A DNA stretch of 63,582 nucleotides, filler included, from Octopus bimaculoides (taxonomy: Eukaryota), in NCBI RefSeq assembly GCF_001194135.2. It is 5 parts of 5 records of this genome, joined end to end, with 100 filler letters (N's around TTAATTAATTAA, not from the genome) between each part and the next. Parts side by side here need not be neighbours in the genome. Positions count along the whole stretch, not along the records: positions 1 to 19,801 come from NC_069005.1; 4 more parts are not named here. One strand, given 5' to 3'. This document shows, piece after piece, positions 1 to 11,777 of this stretch. The translations under genes and the position numbers were made by a program. The stretch's first letter is position 1; every line of letters starts with the position of its first letter. The notes below the pieces were generated by a model that was not told the origin of the DNA, ran no database searches, and was given only the letters and a program-made list of their open reading frames with translations.

Positions 1-308
1 GCACCTTGAGCAAGTGTCATCTACTATAGCCTCGGGCCGACCAAAGCCTTGTGAGTGGATTTGGTAGACGGAAACTGAAAGAAGCCCATCGTATATATGT
101 ATATATATGTTGTGTATCTGTGTTTGTCCCCCCAACATCGCTTGACAACCGATGCTGGTGTGTTTATGTCCCCGTAACTTAGCAGTTCAGCAAAACAGAC
201 CGATAGAATAAGTACTAGGCTTCCAAAGAATAAGTCCTGGGGTCGATTTGCTCGACTAAAGGCGGTGCTCCAGCATGGCTGCAGTCAAATGACTGAAACA
301 AGTAAAGG
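1..308 (+). mobile_element. Family A SINE (tRNA head, CORE-like centre, microsatellite linker), 5' end cut by the window edge
   Basis: gcaccttgagcaagtgtc core (resembles MIR/CORE ccttgggcaagt) and tail gcagtcaaatgactgaaacaagtaaa. Confidence 0.85.
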
Positions 309-827
309 AGTAATCTGCACAGTCAGTTCCTTTGTTGGCACTACTGAGGTTAAGTCTTCCCTTATCTTACTTGTTCATAATCATGTTTCAATAAGCTCTC
401 ATAACAATGCTTTTAGATCATCTCCTATTCCCCGATGGCATTCTTCAGTGTGTGTACAACACTTCAAACTAATGACTTCCACGAAAAATATCCTAATTCG
501 CTTGAACACATTTGCCTTGCAATTCTGAATACTTTATCTGCCACTTAGTCTCCTAACAAAGAGACAAAGTAAACCTATTTATCTCTACTTCCCTCAAAAA
601 AATTTTTAAAAACCCAGTGAGCTGAGCCAAACAAAGCCTGGCTCTAATTTCTTCCACATTCTAAGTTCACTATATGCCATCTTTTAACTTTTTACTTTAG
701 TCATTTTATTTATAAATCAGATATTTATTTCACCAGACTCTTTTGTTAAAGTGCTATGTCCATCATGCGCCACAGAGATATCATTTCACTTTTACAACTG
801 CAGTCATGCTGGGACAGCGCCTTAGAG

Positions 828-1645
828 CAGTGGTTCCCAAACTATGAGTCGCGACCCACTGATGGGTCGCAAACGGAATCCTAGTGGGTCGCAAAAAGTT
901 ATAAAATTACGCATTAGCTTTGATTAACTGCTGTCTATCGAGATAGTTCAAGACTCATGTTTTCAATACCAGACTGGTTGTTTTATCGAGCAGTAAGCTT
1001 TTTTCATGAACTTAACAAATCAGAGGTGGTCATTTTCTCGAGTTATTTATTTGTACGTAATCGTTAATAGGAAAAGTCTGTTTTTACCTATTTATACAGA
1101 ACTTTAACTAGGCGCAGTACAACACTGATCGAGCTGATAACAGTTACTGCTTCGAGGTTTTGTATTAGAGTTAATACCTGCCCTGGAGGCGCAATGGCCC
1201 AGTGGTTAGGGCAGCGGATTCGCGGTCATAGGATCGCGGTTTCGATTCCCAGACGGGGCGTTGTGAGTGTTTATTGAGCGAAAACACCTAAAGCTCCACA
1301 AGGCTCTGGCAGGGGATGGTGGTGAACCCTGCTGTACTCTTCCACCACAACTTTCTCTCACTCTTACTTCCTGTTTCTGTTGTGCCTGTAATTCAAAGGG
1401 TCAGCCTTGTCACACTGTTTCACGCTGAATATCCCTGAGAACTATGTTGAGGGTACACGTGTCTGTGGAGTGCTCAGCCACTTGCACGTTAATTTCACGA
1501 GCAGGCTGTTCCTTTGATCGGATCAACTGGAACCCTCGACGTCGTAATTGACGGAGTGCCAACACACAATACCTGCCCATAGGGTATGGAGACGTTGAAA
1601 CAGTTATAAAACGTTTTGTTTCACATTTAATATGAGGCCTTATAC
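828..1645. mobile_element. hAT-type element left end plus probable internal sequence, interrupted by a SINE
   Basis: cagtggttcccaaac terminus with repeated gggtcgc subterminal motifs. No right TIR found. Confidence 0.5.
1184..1567 (+). mobile_element. Young full-length tRNA-derived SINE (family D)
   Basis: A box tggcccagtggttagg, B box ggtttcgattcc, and an 11-bp TSD aatacctgccc at 1173-1183 and 1568-1578. Confidence 0.92.
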
Positions 1646-1828
1646 ATCAGTGGCTCTCAGCGAGTCCGCTGCCCTAACCACTGGGCCATTGCGCCTCCCA
1701 TACCATCGTAACAGCAATGAAAAAAACAATAGAACACCATTTCATTACATAAACCTATCAATTCAATTACTATGATGTATATTTTGTAATGTAGCTTTTC
1801 TATCATTTCCTTTTTGTTTTTAAATCAG

Positions 1829-1978
1829 AAAGCTAACTCTAAGCTAATTAGATTTACAGATCACTTGATTAAATCTAATGAACAACAAAGCCGAGTACTT
1901 AACTCATTTGTCTCGGTTTATTCCAATTTGATATTATCCTGTTTAGAATGTTTCATTAGTTTAGTTCAAAGAAGAAGG
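1829..1978 (+). CDS. Candidate internal coding exon, phase 0-0 (KANSKLIRFTDHLIKSNEQQSRVLNSFVSVYSNLILSCLECFISLVQRRR), product unidentified
   Basis: Long pyrimidine tract tttcctttttgtttttaaatcAG, then 50 open codons in non-repetitive DNA, then donor agg|GTatcc. No family recognised. Confidence 0.5.
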
Positions 1979-2237
1979 GTATCCATCCATCCATGACCTT
2001 TTTACTGAGTCTCCAAGGCCGGTAGGATAAAGGAAGGATGATCTTACGTTCAGTCAGAAGACTGGGTCCAAAATGCTTCCAATGGGGTTGAATTTACTAA
2101 CAGCTAGGTGGTGTGTTGAACTGGGAAATGATTAAGTCTGCCACCTAAGAACAGGTATAATCCATCCAACAGGCTTCCACACAATTTCCATCTGTCCAGT
2201 TTCATTTACAAAGCTTTGAGATTAACCAAAAGCTATG

Positions 2238-2272
<35 letters not shown>

Positions 2273-2296
2273 CACGTGTGTGTGTGTGTATATATA

Positions 2297-2327
<31 letters not shown>

Positions 2328-2356
2328 CTGTAAAAATATGTGACACTTATTCGGTA

Positions 2357-2426
2357 GCCATGATAAAACTCTGAGTTTCGGATGCCGGGGTGGGAACCCA
2401 TGCCAACATCTCTTCAGTTATCCGGC
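2357..2426 (-). ncRNA. Type I hammerhead ribozyme motif (Penelope pLTR-type)
   Basis: Minus strand reads gcc-g-gataa CUGAAGA gatgttgg-ca-tgg-gttc-cca-cc-ccggcatc-c GAAA ctc-a-gag UU ttatc-at-ggc. Core and stems I, II and III are all present. Triplet is GUU, with a 1-nt bulge in stem II. Confidence 0.7.
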
Positions 2427-3158
2427 CATTGAAAATTCCTGTCTGTAATTTGCTCCAAAAGTTTCTTAGAGTATAGTTCTCTTGATGGTATCGGTATGTT
2501 TTTCATATCGATACCATCTATTTACCGATACCTCTATTTATATAATATCGAGGTCTCTTTCTTTCTTTTGTTGCCTTTTCTATCAATATATATATATATG
2601 ATGCTAGCATGGAAAGTGGACGTTAAACGATGATGATATATATACATATAATCTTTGCTCAATGTGCTGCACTGTGGGATTGACCCTGGTTTCAAGTGAT
2701 TGCAAAGTAAATTTCTTGACAACACAGCTATGTGAACACTCATAATGTGTCAAAGTGGCAGGCATGGAGGAGCACCACACTAAATGATTAACAGTATTTA
2801 GCATCCTCCTTTGTACATTCCAAGTTCAAATTCTACCAAGTGCAACACTGCCTTGTGTTTCTTTGGTGATTACTGAAATAATTACCTGTCAAGTAGTGGG
2901 GTTGATTTATTCAACTACACCCCTACCCTATCAATTTGAGGCATTTGTGCCAATTAAAAAAGAAATCAATTATTATCCTCAGCTGGTGACTGTAGCAGAA
3001 CAAAAGCTAAGTTGCCAGTAAATGGAGACAACAACCCAATTTCTATTTCTGTCCTAAAGTTATTTTCTTTCACTTACACCACTAATCTCTTTAGGAAAAG
3101 AATGAACAGCTCAACATCACATCACATTGAGCTAAACAAAATATAAGACCTTCTACAT

Positions 3159-3490
3159 CAGCGGCTCTCAACTGGGGTCCATATAAGATTTTTGGGGGTC
3201 CACGCAATAAAATAGTAAATTAGGGATCCACGATATTATTCTAAGAGCCCCTGAAAAAATTTCGCTTTAGATGAATGTATTGGTATGTATTGCAAGAAAC
3301 AGCTAGGTTTCTTTCTCGAATGCTTTACTTAGTTCAAACTACACAAGTTAATGTGTAAAAAAACAAAATAGGAATTTTGAAAGAAGTTTCTATACAACGA
3401 GTTTTTACACATCAAATGGCTTATTGGGGTCCACCAGAATGAAAGAGTTATCAAAGGGGTTCATCGATGAAAAATGGTTGAGAACCCCTG
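3159..3490. mobile_element. hAT (Charlie-like) MITE
   Basis: TIRs cagcggctctcaac / gttgagaacccctg, 8-bp TSD ttctacat / ttatacat. Confidence 0.85.
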
Positions 3491-4210
3491 TTATACATAG
3501 TCAAAAGGAGCTATTTATTACGTTCAAGGGAAAAACCAAACCAAGAACACACACACATGATGGGCTTCTACAAAGTTTCCATCTACCAAATTCACTCACA
3601 AGGCATTGGTTGACCCAAGGCTATAGCAGAAAACATTTTCCCAAGGTACTGCAAAGTGTGACTGAACCCCAAACCACATCAGTGCAAAGCGGAACTTACT
3701 AACTACAGAACTATACCCGATAGAAATTTTTTTTTTACTCTGATCAGAACATCTTCCAGCATTCCAATTAAAATTGTTGAAATATCAAATTGAAGTCAGT
3801 GTTATGCATATTCACACGTCATTATGTAACATTTCAGTTCAAACCATCTTAGGAGAAAAAAATACAACCCCCCCCCCCCATTCTGTCCAGTTATTAAACC
3901 ACTTCAATTTTCATCATCACCAATAATATATTACTCTCATCTCCCACCAGTTATTGCTCAGAACTCTTCCAGTTCTATTCTATACCAACCCCTCTTAAGC
4001 ACTCCTCAGTTTACATCATAACCATCCCATCTTTCTCTCACTCTTTGTTAACATGCCTCCTCCCACCCCCACTGACATGTTGTACAAGCTCACATCTCTT
4101 CCACAACAGGATTAAAAAATGCTTTTTGCAATCCTCTGGTACTTCTACTTACCATTATAAAAAAAGAAAGCGTACAGAAGAAGACTACTATGAACAGGAA
4201 GCATCTTTAG

Positions 4211-4431
4211 CCCTTTCGTTACCAACCCGGCTGAAATCAGCTCTGGCTCTGAGTACAAATGTCTTGTTTTCAAAAGTTCTGAATTAAAATCTCCCACCAA
4301 ACCTTAGTCACAATTTATGTTCCTAACACCAGCTTAATGATAACTAAGTTATTTTACTAAATTCTTTGTTATATTTTAAATTAAATGAAAGAAACACAAA
4401 ACATCTCAACAGAAATATGGTAACAAAAGGG
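4211..4431. mobile_element. piggyBac-type MITE
   Basis: TIR ccctttcgttacc / ggtaacaaaaggg, flanked by ttag and TTAA. Confidence 0.75.
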
Positions 4432-4805
4432 TTAAACAGCTAAACACCTTGAAAGTTTGAACCAGCAAAGGGTACTTTTATGTGGTTACCCGAACTGCTA
4501 GAAATAGCAGCTAGATCCACCTCAGTTAACACACTACTTGTCTCAGAAAAGTACACATTAGACGAGGCCCAGGGTTCTTTGTGCACAGAATTAAGACAAA
4601 ATAGTCACTGATGGAAGGACTGACCCTAAGTCTGCTGAAATAGGATTAACCTAACATGAAACAGCTACTACCCTGAAATCTAGGATAAGGTCCAGTACAT
4701 GCTATTTATCACACAATGTCTATTCTGTGGGAAGCAATATCAACAAGAAGCTTATCAAAGATGATCTTGGCCGAGACAAGGTTCAATTAACAGTCATATA
4801 TGTAA

Positions 4806-5243
4806 GCGCAGGAGTGGCTGTGTGGTAAGCAGCTTGCTTACCAGCCACATGGTTCCGGGTTCAGTCCCACTGCATGGCACCTTGGGCAAGTGTCTTCTGC
4901 TATAGCCTTGAGCCAAACAGAGCCTTGTTAGTGGATTTGGTAGACGGAAACTGAAAGAAGCCCGTCGTATATATGTATATATATGTGGGTGTTTTTCCCC
5001 CCAACATCGCTTGACAACCGATGCTGGTATTTACGTCCCCATAACTTAGCGGTACAGCCAAAAGAGACCAATAGAATAAGTACTAGGCTTACAAAGAATA
5101 AATCCTGGGGGCGATTTGCTCGACTAAAGGCGGTGCTCCAGCATGGCCNNNNNNNNNNTCCTGGGGGCGATTTGCTCGACTAAAGGCGGTGCTCCAGCAT
5201 GGCCGCAGTCAAATGACTGAAACAAGTAAAAGAGTAAAAGAGA
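4806..5243 (+). mobile_element. Family A SINE, full length (45-bp overlap duplicated across a short gap)
   Basis: Head gcgcaggagtggctgtgtggtaag..ggttccgggttcagtccc through tail agtaaaagagtaaaag. Confidence 0.9.
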
Positions 5244-5447
5244 GTCATTGTCACAAACATACAAGATACACCCAAACATTCTAGCATACATTTTGAGGTG
5301 ATGACTGTATCACAAAAAGGAAATAAATATGTCACAGTAGGTTATGAATTTATGACCTTAGGTCTGGCATGTACTGAAGCACTCACTAAACTACTCACCC
5401 ATTTTATCTCTACTTGCATGAAAAAAAAAAAAAAAGGGTCACATAAT

Positions 5448-5661
5448 TGTTTCTACTGTAGGCACAAAGCCTCAAAAGTTGGGGGGAAGGGGATAGTTGA
5501 TTACATTGACCCCAATGCATAACTGGTACTTACTTCATCAACCCCCGAAAGGATGAAAGACAAAGTCAACCTCGGCAGAATTTGAACTCAGAACGTAGTG
5601 GCAGATGAAATGCCGCTAAGCATTTCACCCGGCGTGCTAACGATTCTGCCAGCTCACCGCC
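5448..5661 (-). mobile_element. Family B SINE; others at 15165-15385 and 15637-15857 (-), 17365-17572 (-), 27180-27345 (-), 32930-33115 (-), 44090-44250 (-), 45208-45395 (+), 45770-45980 (+)
   Basis: Reverse complement of the family B consensus (aaggatgaaaggcaaagtcgacctcggcagaatttgaactcagaac). Confidence 0.85.
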
Positions 5662-5918
5662 ATAGAAGGGTCACATTTTAAGAGACATTCCAGCAGTAAT
5701 CAAGACTTTAACCTTTAACCTAACCTCTGATTTCAATCTAAAATCAATTTAGGTCAATTATCATTGATTTTTAAAACCAATAATAAAAATAAAAAACAAA
5801 GAAAACAAAAACAATTGAAAGTCTATGTGAAAAATTGACAGACAACTCCTAATTAATAAAGCAGAAGATTACCAAGTCATGACCAAGTGTTTAACCCTTT
5901 TACTGTAGAAATCAGATA

Positions 5919-6400
5919 TATTGCAAGTGTGGCAAGAAGCTTGCTTACCAAACCACGTGGTCCCGGGTTCAGGCCCACTATGTGGCAACTTGGGCAAGTG
6001 TCTTCTGCTATAGCCTCAGGCCGACCAAAGCTTTGTGAGTAGATTTGGTAGAGAGAAACTGAACAAAGCCCATCGTGTATATATCATCATCATCATCGTC
6101 ATCGTTTAACGTCCGCTTTCCATGCTAGCATGGGTTGGACGATTCGACTGAGGACTGGTGAAACCGGATGGCAACACCAGGCTCCAATCTAAATTTGGCA
6201 GAGTTTCTACAGCTGGATGCCCTTCCTAACGCCAACCACTCAGAGATGTGTGTGTGTATGTGTTTGTCCCCACCACCATCACTTCACAACCAATGTTGGT
6301 GTGTTGATGTACTCGTAACTTAGCAGTTAGGCAAAAGACATTGATAGAATAAGTACTAGGCATAGAAAGAGTAAGTCCTGTGGTCAATTTCTCCAACTTA
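5919..6400 (+). mobile_element. Family A SINE interrupted by an antisense family C insertion (6085-6245)
   Basis: 5' half 5919-6085 and 3' half 6245-6400 flank a catcatc..gccaaccactcagag insert. Confidence 0.8.
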
Positions 6401-6520
6401 AAAACCCTCTAAGGTGTTTTTAAGTTGGAGATATGATATGGTATGATATGATATGCTTTTTCTTGTTTCAGTCATTTGGCTGTAGCACATCCACTCAAAA
6501 TTTATTATTCTTAATTGCAG

Positions 6521-6646
6521 AAGTCAGTTTTATATACCAATTTATCTTTTGTTGAGGAATGTCATGTTTTGAAACTATTTTTTGTTGAAATATGTCAAGT
6601 TTATGGAGGCAGCATGACTTACAGAAAATACCACTTCTGTTTTTTG
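6521..6646 (+). CDS. Candidate exon, phase 0 start (KSVLYTNLSFVEECHVLKLFFVEICQVYGGSMTYRKYHFCFL)
   Basis: Acceptor tttattattcttaattgcAG, open frame in the phase left by the 1829-1978 exon. The donor (ttg|GTagat) is weak, so the 3' edge is uncertain. Confidence 0.3.
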
Positions 6647-6949
6647 GTAGATATTTAACATTTACTGGAATATCCATGAAATTTAATTCTGCATTTAACT
6701 TCTGAGTTTTCTTGGAAAACAACTGTGTATGTTTGATTTTACACTTGTTTTTCATGATAGTAAGGATTAGATGATTATGAATATGAGAGGCTATCATACA
6801 ACCATACATCGTCCCTGTAGGTAATCCTTATTTACTTTTCAAATAAGGGACCTCTTATTGCTTGTGTAATTCAAGGCACAAAATCAGCAGACAGTTGACA
6901 GAGAAAATGACAATGTCATTGTCACTCATACTCTGAAATTTTTGGAAAA

Positions 6950-7050
<101 letters not shown>

Positions 7051-7489
7051 TTTGGTATAGAAACAGGAAAAATAGAAATGAAACTCAAAACATGTATAAG
7101 TGCCATACACAAAACTCTCAACTCTGGAGTTACTGTGTGACTTCTGCTGATTATATATCATCATTTAATATCCGTTTTCCATGCCAGTACTGGTTAGACA
7201 GTTTGTCTGGAGCTGGTACAGCCAAGGGCTGTACCAGGCTCCATTATCTGTTCTGGCATGGTTTCTATGGTCAGATGCCCCTCCTAATCACTTCCAAGAG
7301 TGTACTGGGTGCTTTTTATGTGGCACCATCACCAGTGCTTTTTACATGGCACTGACCACACCAATGCTTTTTAAGTGGCACCTTGGTTTTAGGATCTCGA
7401 TTCTGTTATGGGGGACAGGTCTTCTTGTGTACAGTAATGCATCGCATATCTTAGTCATACACACACATATATATATATATCTGGCATGA

Positions 7490-8805
7490 GCTGGATAGTT
7501 TGACGGGAGTTGGCGAACCAGCAGACTGCACCAAGCTCTACCGTCTGCTCTGGCATGGTTTCTGCAGCTGGATGACCTTCCTAATGCCAAAACTTTACAG
7601 AGGAGAGTACCAAGTGCTTTTGACATGGCACCAGCACTGGCGAGGTCAACAAATATCTTGCAAGGCAAAGACCCCTCAACTGAGAAGGGAAGTGGTATTG
7701 AGGGTGGTGGCTTTGGCTAGATAATGAGAGGTTAATGCATGATAGCGGGACAGATACAGCTGCCCTGCTGTAGAGTAGGTATATGGATGGTGCACATCCA
7801 TTGGGTATACTAGCTTCATTCCTCTCCAGTCACCACATGTTCTCTGAATTCATGGCCCATGTCTCACTACCAAGGAGCATAGCTGTTTGTACACAAGCCT
7901 AATACAATCTGGCTTTCACTCTGAGAGAGAGAGAGAGAGAGAGAGAGGCATTTTGTTAATAGAATTAAGAATTCTCTGAACTTTCTCCTTCTTATTCTTA
8001 TTGTAGCAACTATACTTTCAGAACACCCTCCTCCACTGCTTATTTGGTCACCTAAGTAACAGAAACTAGCTACAACATCTAGGGTACTTCCTGGGCATTG
8101 AGAAAATCTAATCCCCATGTGTCTTAGTGTTTGTTGCTCTTACACATCTGCCACATGCAAAAGACTACTTTCTCTGTTAATCTACCTGTAATTCCACACC
8201 TCTTATGTATACATTGAATTGAATTCATTAATTCCTTCCAACACCTTTCCTACAGACTGAGCAGTGCGATTTACATTATGGAAAGAGACTAATCTACTTT
8301 CTTGCTAACTACAACTTTGGTTTTTTCACTTGGTTAACTTTGACTCAAGGTTTTGCTTCCATGCCTGGAATTTCTTCTCTAATTCTTCTATAAGTACATG
8401 GTCATCAGTATACACTAGTTCCTGCAGCAGTCAGTTCTTACATTCCTCTGTTATGTCCAGGAGGATTGAACTGAATAAGAGGGGACTGAGCATCAAGCCC
8501 TGGTGAACTCCTACGTGTATACTAAATTTATCACTGTAGCAATGGCTGACTCACTCTACAGACATACATGGCTTGTACGACTCTAAAAGCCATTTGCTAA
8601 CTTTTAATTTCCTTAGAGACAACCAGATAACAGAGTGAGGGACTCTAGCAAAAGTTTTTCTCCAGGTTGACAAAAGCCAAGTAAAACAGTTTACTTTTAG
8701 CTAAATACTTCTTCTGCTGGTGTCTCACAAGGAAGATAGAATCTGTAGTACTCCTCCCTGACACAAAAACCAAACGGCATCACATCTACTCTAATTCTGC
8801 TCTTA
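7490..8805 (-). mobile_element. Decayed RTE-clade LINE: reverse transcriptase fragment joined to the 3' tail (family C)
   Basis: Minus-strand translation with stops and frameshifts gives PFGF..TTDSIFLVR..YLAFVNLEK..VPHSVIW, VGVHQGLMLSPLLF, ELVYTDD, VVASFCYLGDQISSGGGCSES and AMLLGSETWA. It runs into the family C tail at 7490-7760. Confidence 0.9.
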
Positions 8806-8946
8806 ATCAACAATGATAGATAGATAGATAGATTGATGGATATAATAGACAGACACATAGAGAGATAAGTGGAAATATCTCTATTAATATTTAGCAGAAG
8901 CAACAGAAGGCTGAGAGTTTTGTGCATTAGCACTTACCAAACTGTG

Positions 8947-8989
<43 letters not shown>

Positions 8990-9079
8990 GTGTGTATATA
9001 TATATATATATATATNNNNNNNNNNNNNNNNNNNNNNNNNNNNNNNNNNNNNNNNNNNNNNNNNNNNNNNNNNNNGAAA

Positions 9080-9303
9080 AGGTGGCGAGCTGGCAGAATC
9101 GTTAGCACTCTGGGCGAAATGCTTAGCAGTATTATGTTCTGAGTTCAAATTCCGCCGAGGTCAACTCTGACTTTCATCCTTTCAGGTTCAATTAAATAAG
9201 TACCAGTTACACACTGGGGTCAATGTAATCAACTTAATCCTTTTGTGTCTGTCCTTGTTTGTCCCCTCTACATTTAGCCTCCTGTGGGCAATAAATAAAT
9301 AAA
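9080..9303 (+). mobile_element. Family B tRNA-derived SINE
   Basis: ggcgagctggcagaatcgttagc head, ttctgagttcaaattccgccgaggtc B-box region, ctttcatcctttc..aagtaccagtt centre. Confidence 0.85.
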
Positions 9304-9312
9304 TAAATATAT

Positions 9313-9365
<53 letters not shown>

Positions 9366-9862
9366 TGCACATGATAAATGTCTTTCAGTTTCCATCTACT
9401 AAATCCTCTCACAAGGCTTTACAGTCAGTTCAGGACTTTAGAAGTAGGCACTTACACAAGGTACCACGTTGTGGGAGTAAACCCCAAAACCACATGACTG
9501 TGAAGTGGGTGTATCAACCACACGGGTGCATCAACCTGCACCTACACAACCATCGTATAATATTTTGACTCCCTTAGCTTTGTCATATTCTATTTCAAAT
9601 CTGACATTTTTGAAACATTTTTTTGATTTGTGTCTATTATAAATCAGAGAAAATTCTATTTATTAAAGTATTAATTACAAATTACATTATATTTATCTTA
9701 TATCACATTATATTTTTTATAGAATAAGAGACTAAAATTCATTATATATTAAGAATTCAATAAATAATTAAAATACTGAAGAAAGTACTAGTGGAACAGA
9801 CTCATAAAATGTGTGTGTATGCATGAATACACACATACACATCATCATCATATTCATCTAAA

Positions 9863-9895
<33 letters not shown>

Positions 9896-11390
9896 CAGTT
9901 CAATTATACAGAAAACAAAAGACAGAGACTGGTGTGGGAACAACAAACAAGTGTATTAGTTTGATGGTTGGAAAAAATGGAAAAGTCTGATGATTCGTGG
10001 CTATGCTCTTCGACAAAAACAGAGTAGAGAAAACGCAGAAAATATAATGGGCTTCCATACAGTTTCCAAACAAAATTTAATTTGTGAGACGTTGGTGGGC
10101 TTGAAGCAAAAGTGAAAAAAAAACATCTGTGCAACAGCCATGCAGTAGGAATGAACCCAAAAACATTTGGTTGCAAAGCGAATTGCTTAACCATTCAACC
10201 ATGCATACACATACACAAATACTAATATAAATGGACTGTATATAAATATCACAAATGAGCATTATGTAACCAAACACGTGCATATATGTGAATGCGTGCA
10301 CATGTGCACATACATAACGGCAACTTTGTATAGCTTTGCTACCAAGTTTTCAGATTGTCATATAACACTTTTTGACAATAAATATATCTGTTGACATCTC
10401 TTGTTGTCTTGCTGTTACCAAAATTTATGGCGCTAAATGCTCTTCTAGATTATAGCTGATCTGCTGCTGCTACTGCTGGCAACATCATTGTACAACTTCA
10501 GTTTTGCTGGGAACACAAATTTACTGAAAATTCTCAGCAGAAAATGCTGTGCTAGATAACTTACATCACAGAAGGAAAAAAAAAGTTCAATGATAATATA
10601 CACTGGAAAGGCGTGCTTGGAGTATATCCAGCAATAAGACACCTGCTCTAAAAGCAAGGGAGCAGATGCCTTAATTGAAAACTTTCCTCTCCCTGTCCTT
10701 ACATTGGTACCTGTTACCATTACAGCCTAACCCTAGTAATACATCATAGGAAACAACAGAAGATTAAAAAAAAAGGAAAAAATGGGTAAAGACTCCCTTC
10801 GGTTATCAATGGACATGGGATTGCATCAAGAAAGTTACCCTCTGAAGCACAAGTCCGAGCAAAGCAAAGACCAATACAGCTAGGCACCAGTGACATCCCA
10901 ACTCATTTCTACAGCTCAGTGAACTAGAGCAATGTGAAATAAAGTGTCTTGTTCAAGAACACAACACTCAGCCTGGCCCAGGAATCGAACTCACTCCTTC
11001 AAGATTGTGAGCCCAACACGCTAACCAGTGAGCTATGTGCCTTCATTACAGAAGATAACAATGGACATTTCAAAGGGGTTACAATAAATCCTTTAAGAAT
11101 ACTGCTTTTAAATAGTCTTGATGACCCTTGAAGGGTCCAATGGAAACCATTCTTCTGAACACTGCAACAAAATCATTATAATATGCTGGAGCTTAATAAG
11201 TCAACAAGGAAACCATTATGATGTTATTTGGCCTACTGGATACAGCAGCAAAATTTCCTTCAATATCATACTGTAATGCAGTGGTTCTCAACCATTTTTT
11301 GCCTATGGATTCCTTTGATTCCTATTTTTCTCTCCTGGATCTCCATAGCCATTCAATGTATATATTTTTTTTTTAATCTGTATTTTTATA

Positions 11391-11777
11391 CTCTTTTACT
11401 TGTTTCAGTTATTTGACTGCAGCCATGCTGGAGCACCACCTTTAGTCGAGCAAATCAACCCCCAGGACTTATTCTTTGGAAGCCTAGTACTTATTCTATC
11501 GGTCTCTTTTTGCCAAATCACTAAGTTACAGGGGACATAAACACACCACCATTGGTTGTCAAGCGATGTTGGGGGGGCAAACACACACACACGTATATAT
11601 ATATATACATATATACGACGGGCTTCTTTCAGTTTCCGTCTACCAAATCCACTCACAAGGCTTTGGTTGGCCTGAGGCTATAGTAGAAGACACTTGCCCA
11701 AGGTGCCACGCAGTGGGACTGAACCCAGAACCATGTGGTTGGTGAGCAAGCTACTTACCACTCAGCCACACCTACGC
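11391..11777 (-). mobile_element. Family A SINE, full length
   Basis: Reverse complement of the family A consensus from head to tail. Confidence 0.9.

Noticed and set aside
365-560. Minus-strand segment bounded by a good acceptor and donor
   Set aside because: All three frames contain stops.
1184-1250. tRNA-like sequences with A and B boxes
   Set aside because: They are SINE heads continuous with SINE bodies, TSD-flanked, with no complete acceptor stem.
4110-4287. Protein-like KKRKRTEEDYYEQE stretch after an acceptor-like site
   Set aside because: Phase is incompatible with the 1829-1978 exon, the frame runs into a MITE, and there is no suitable donor.
6495-6809. 104-aa minus-strand ORF
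   Set aside because: K/I/N-rich composition expected from AT-rich DNA, no motif, antisense to a plus-strand exon candidate.
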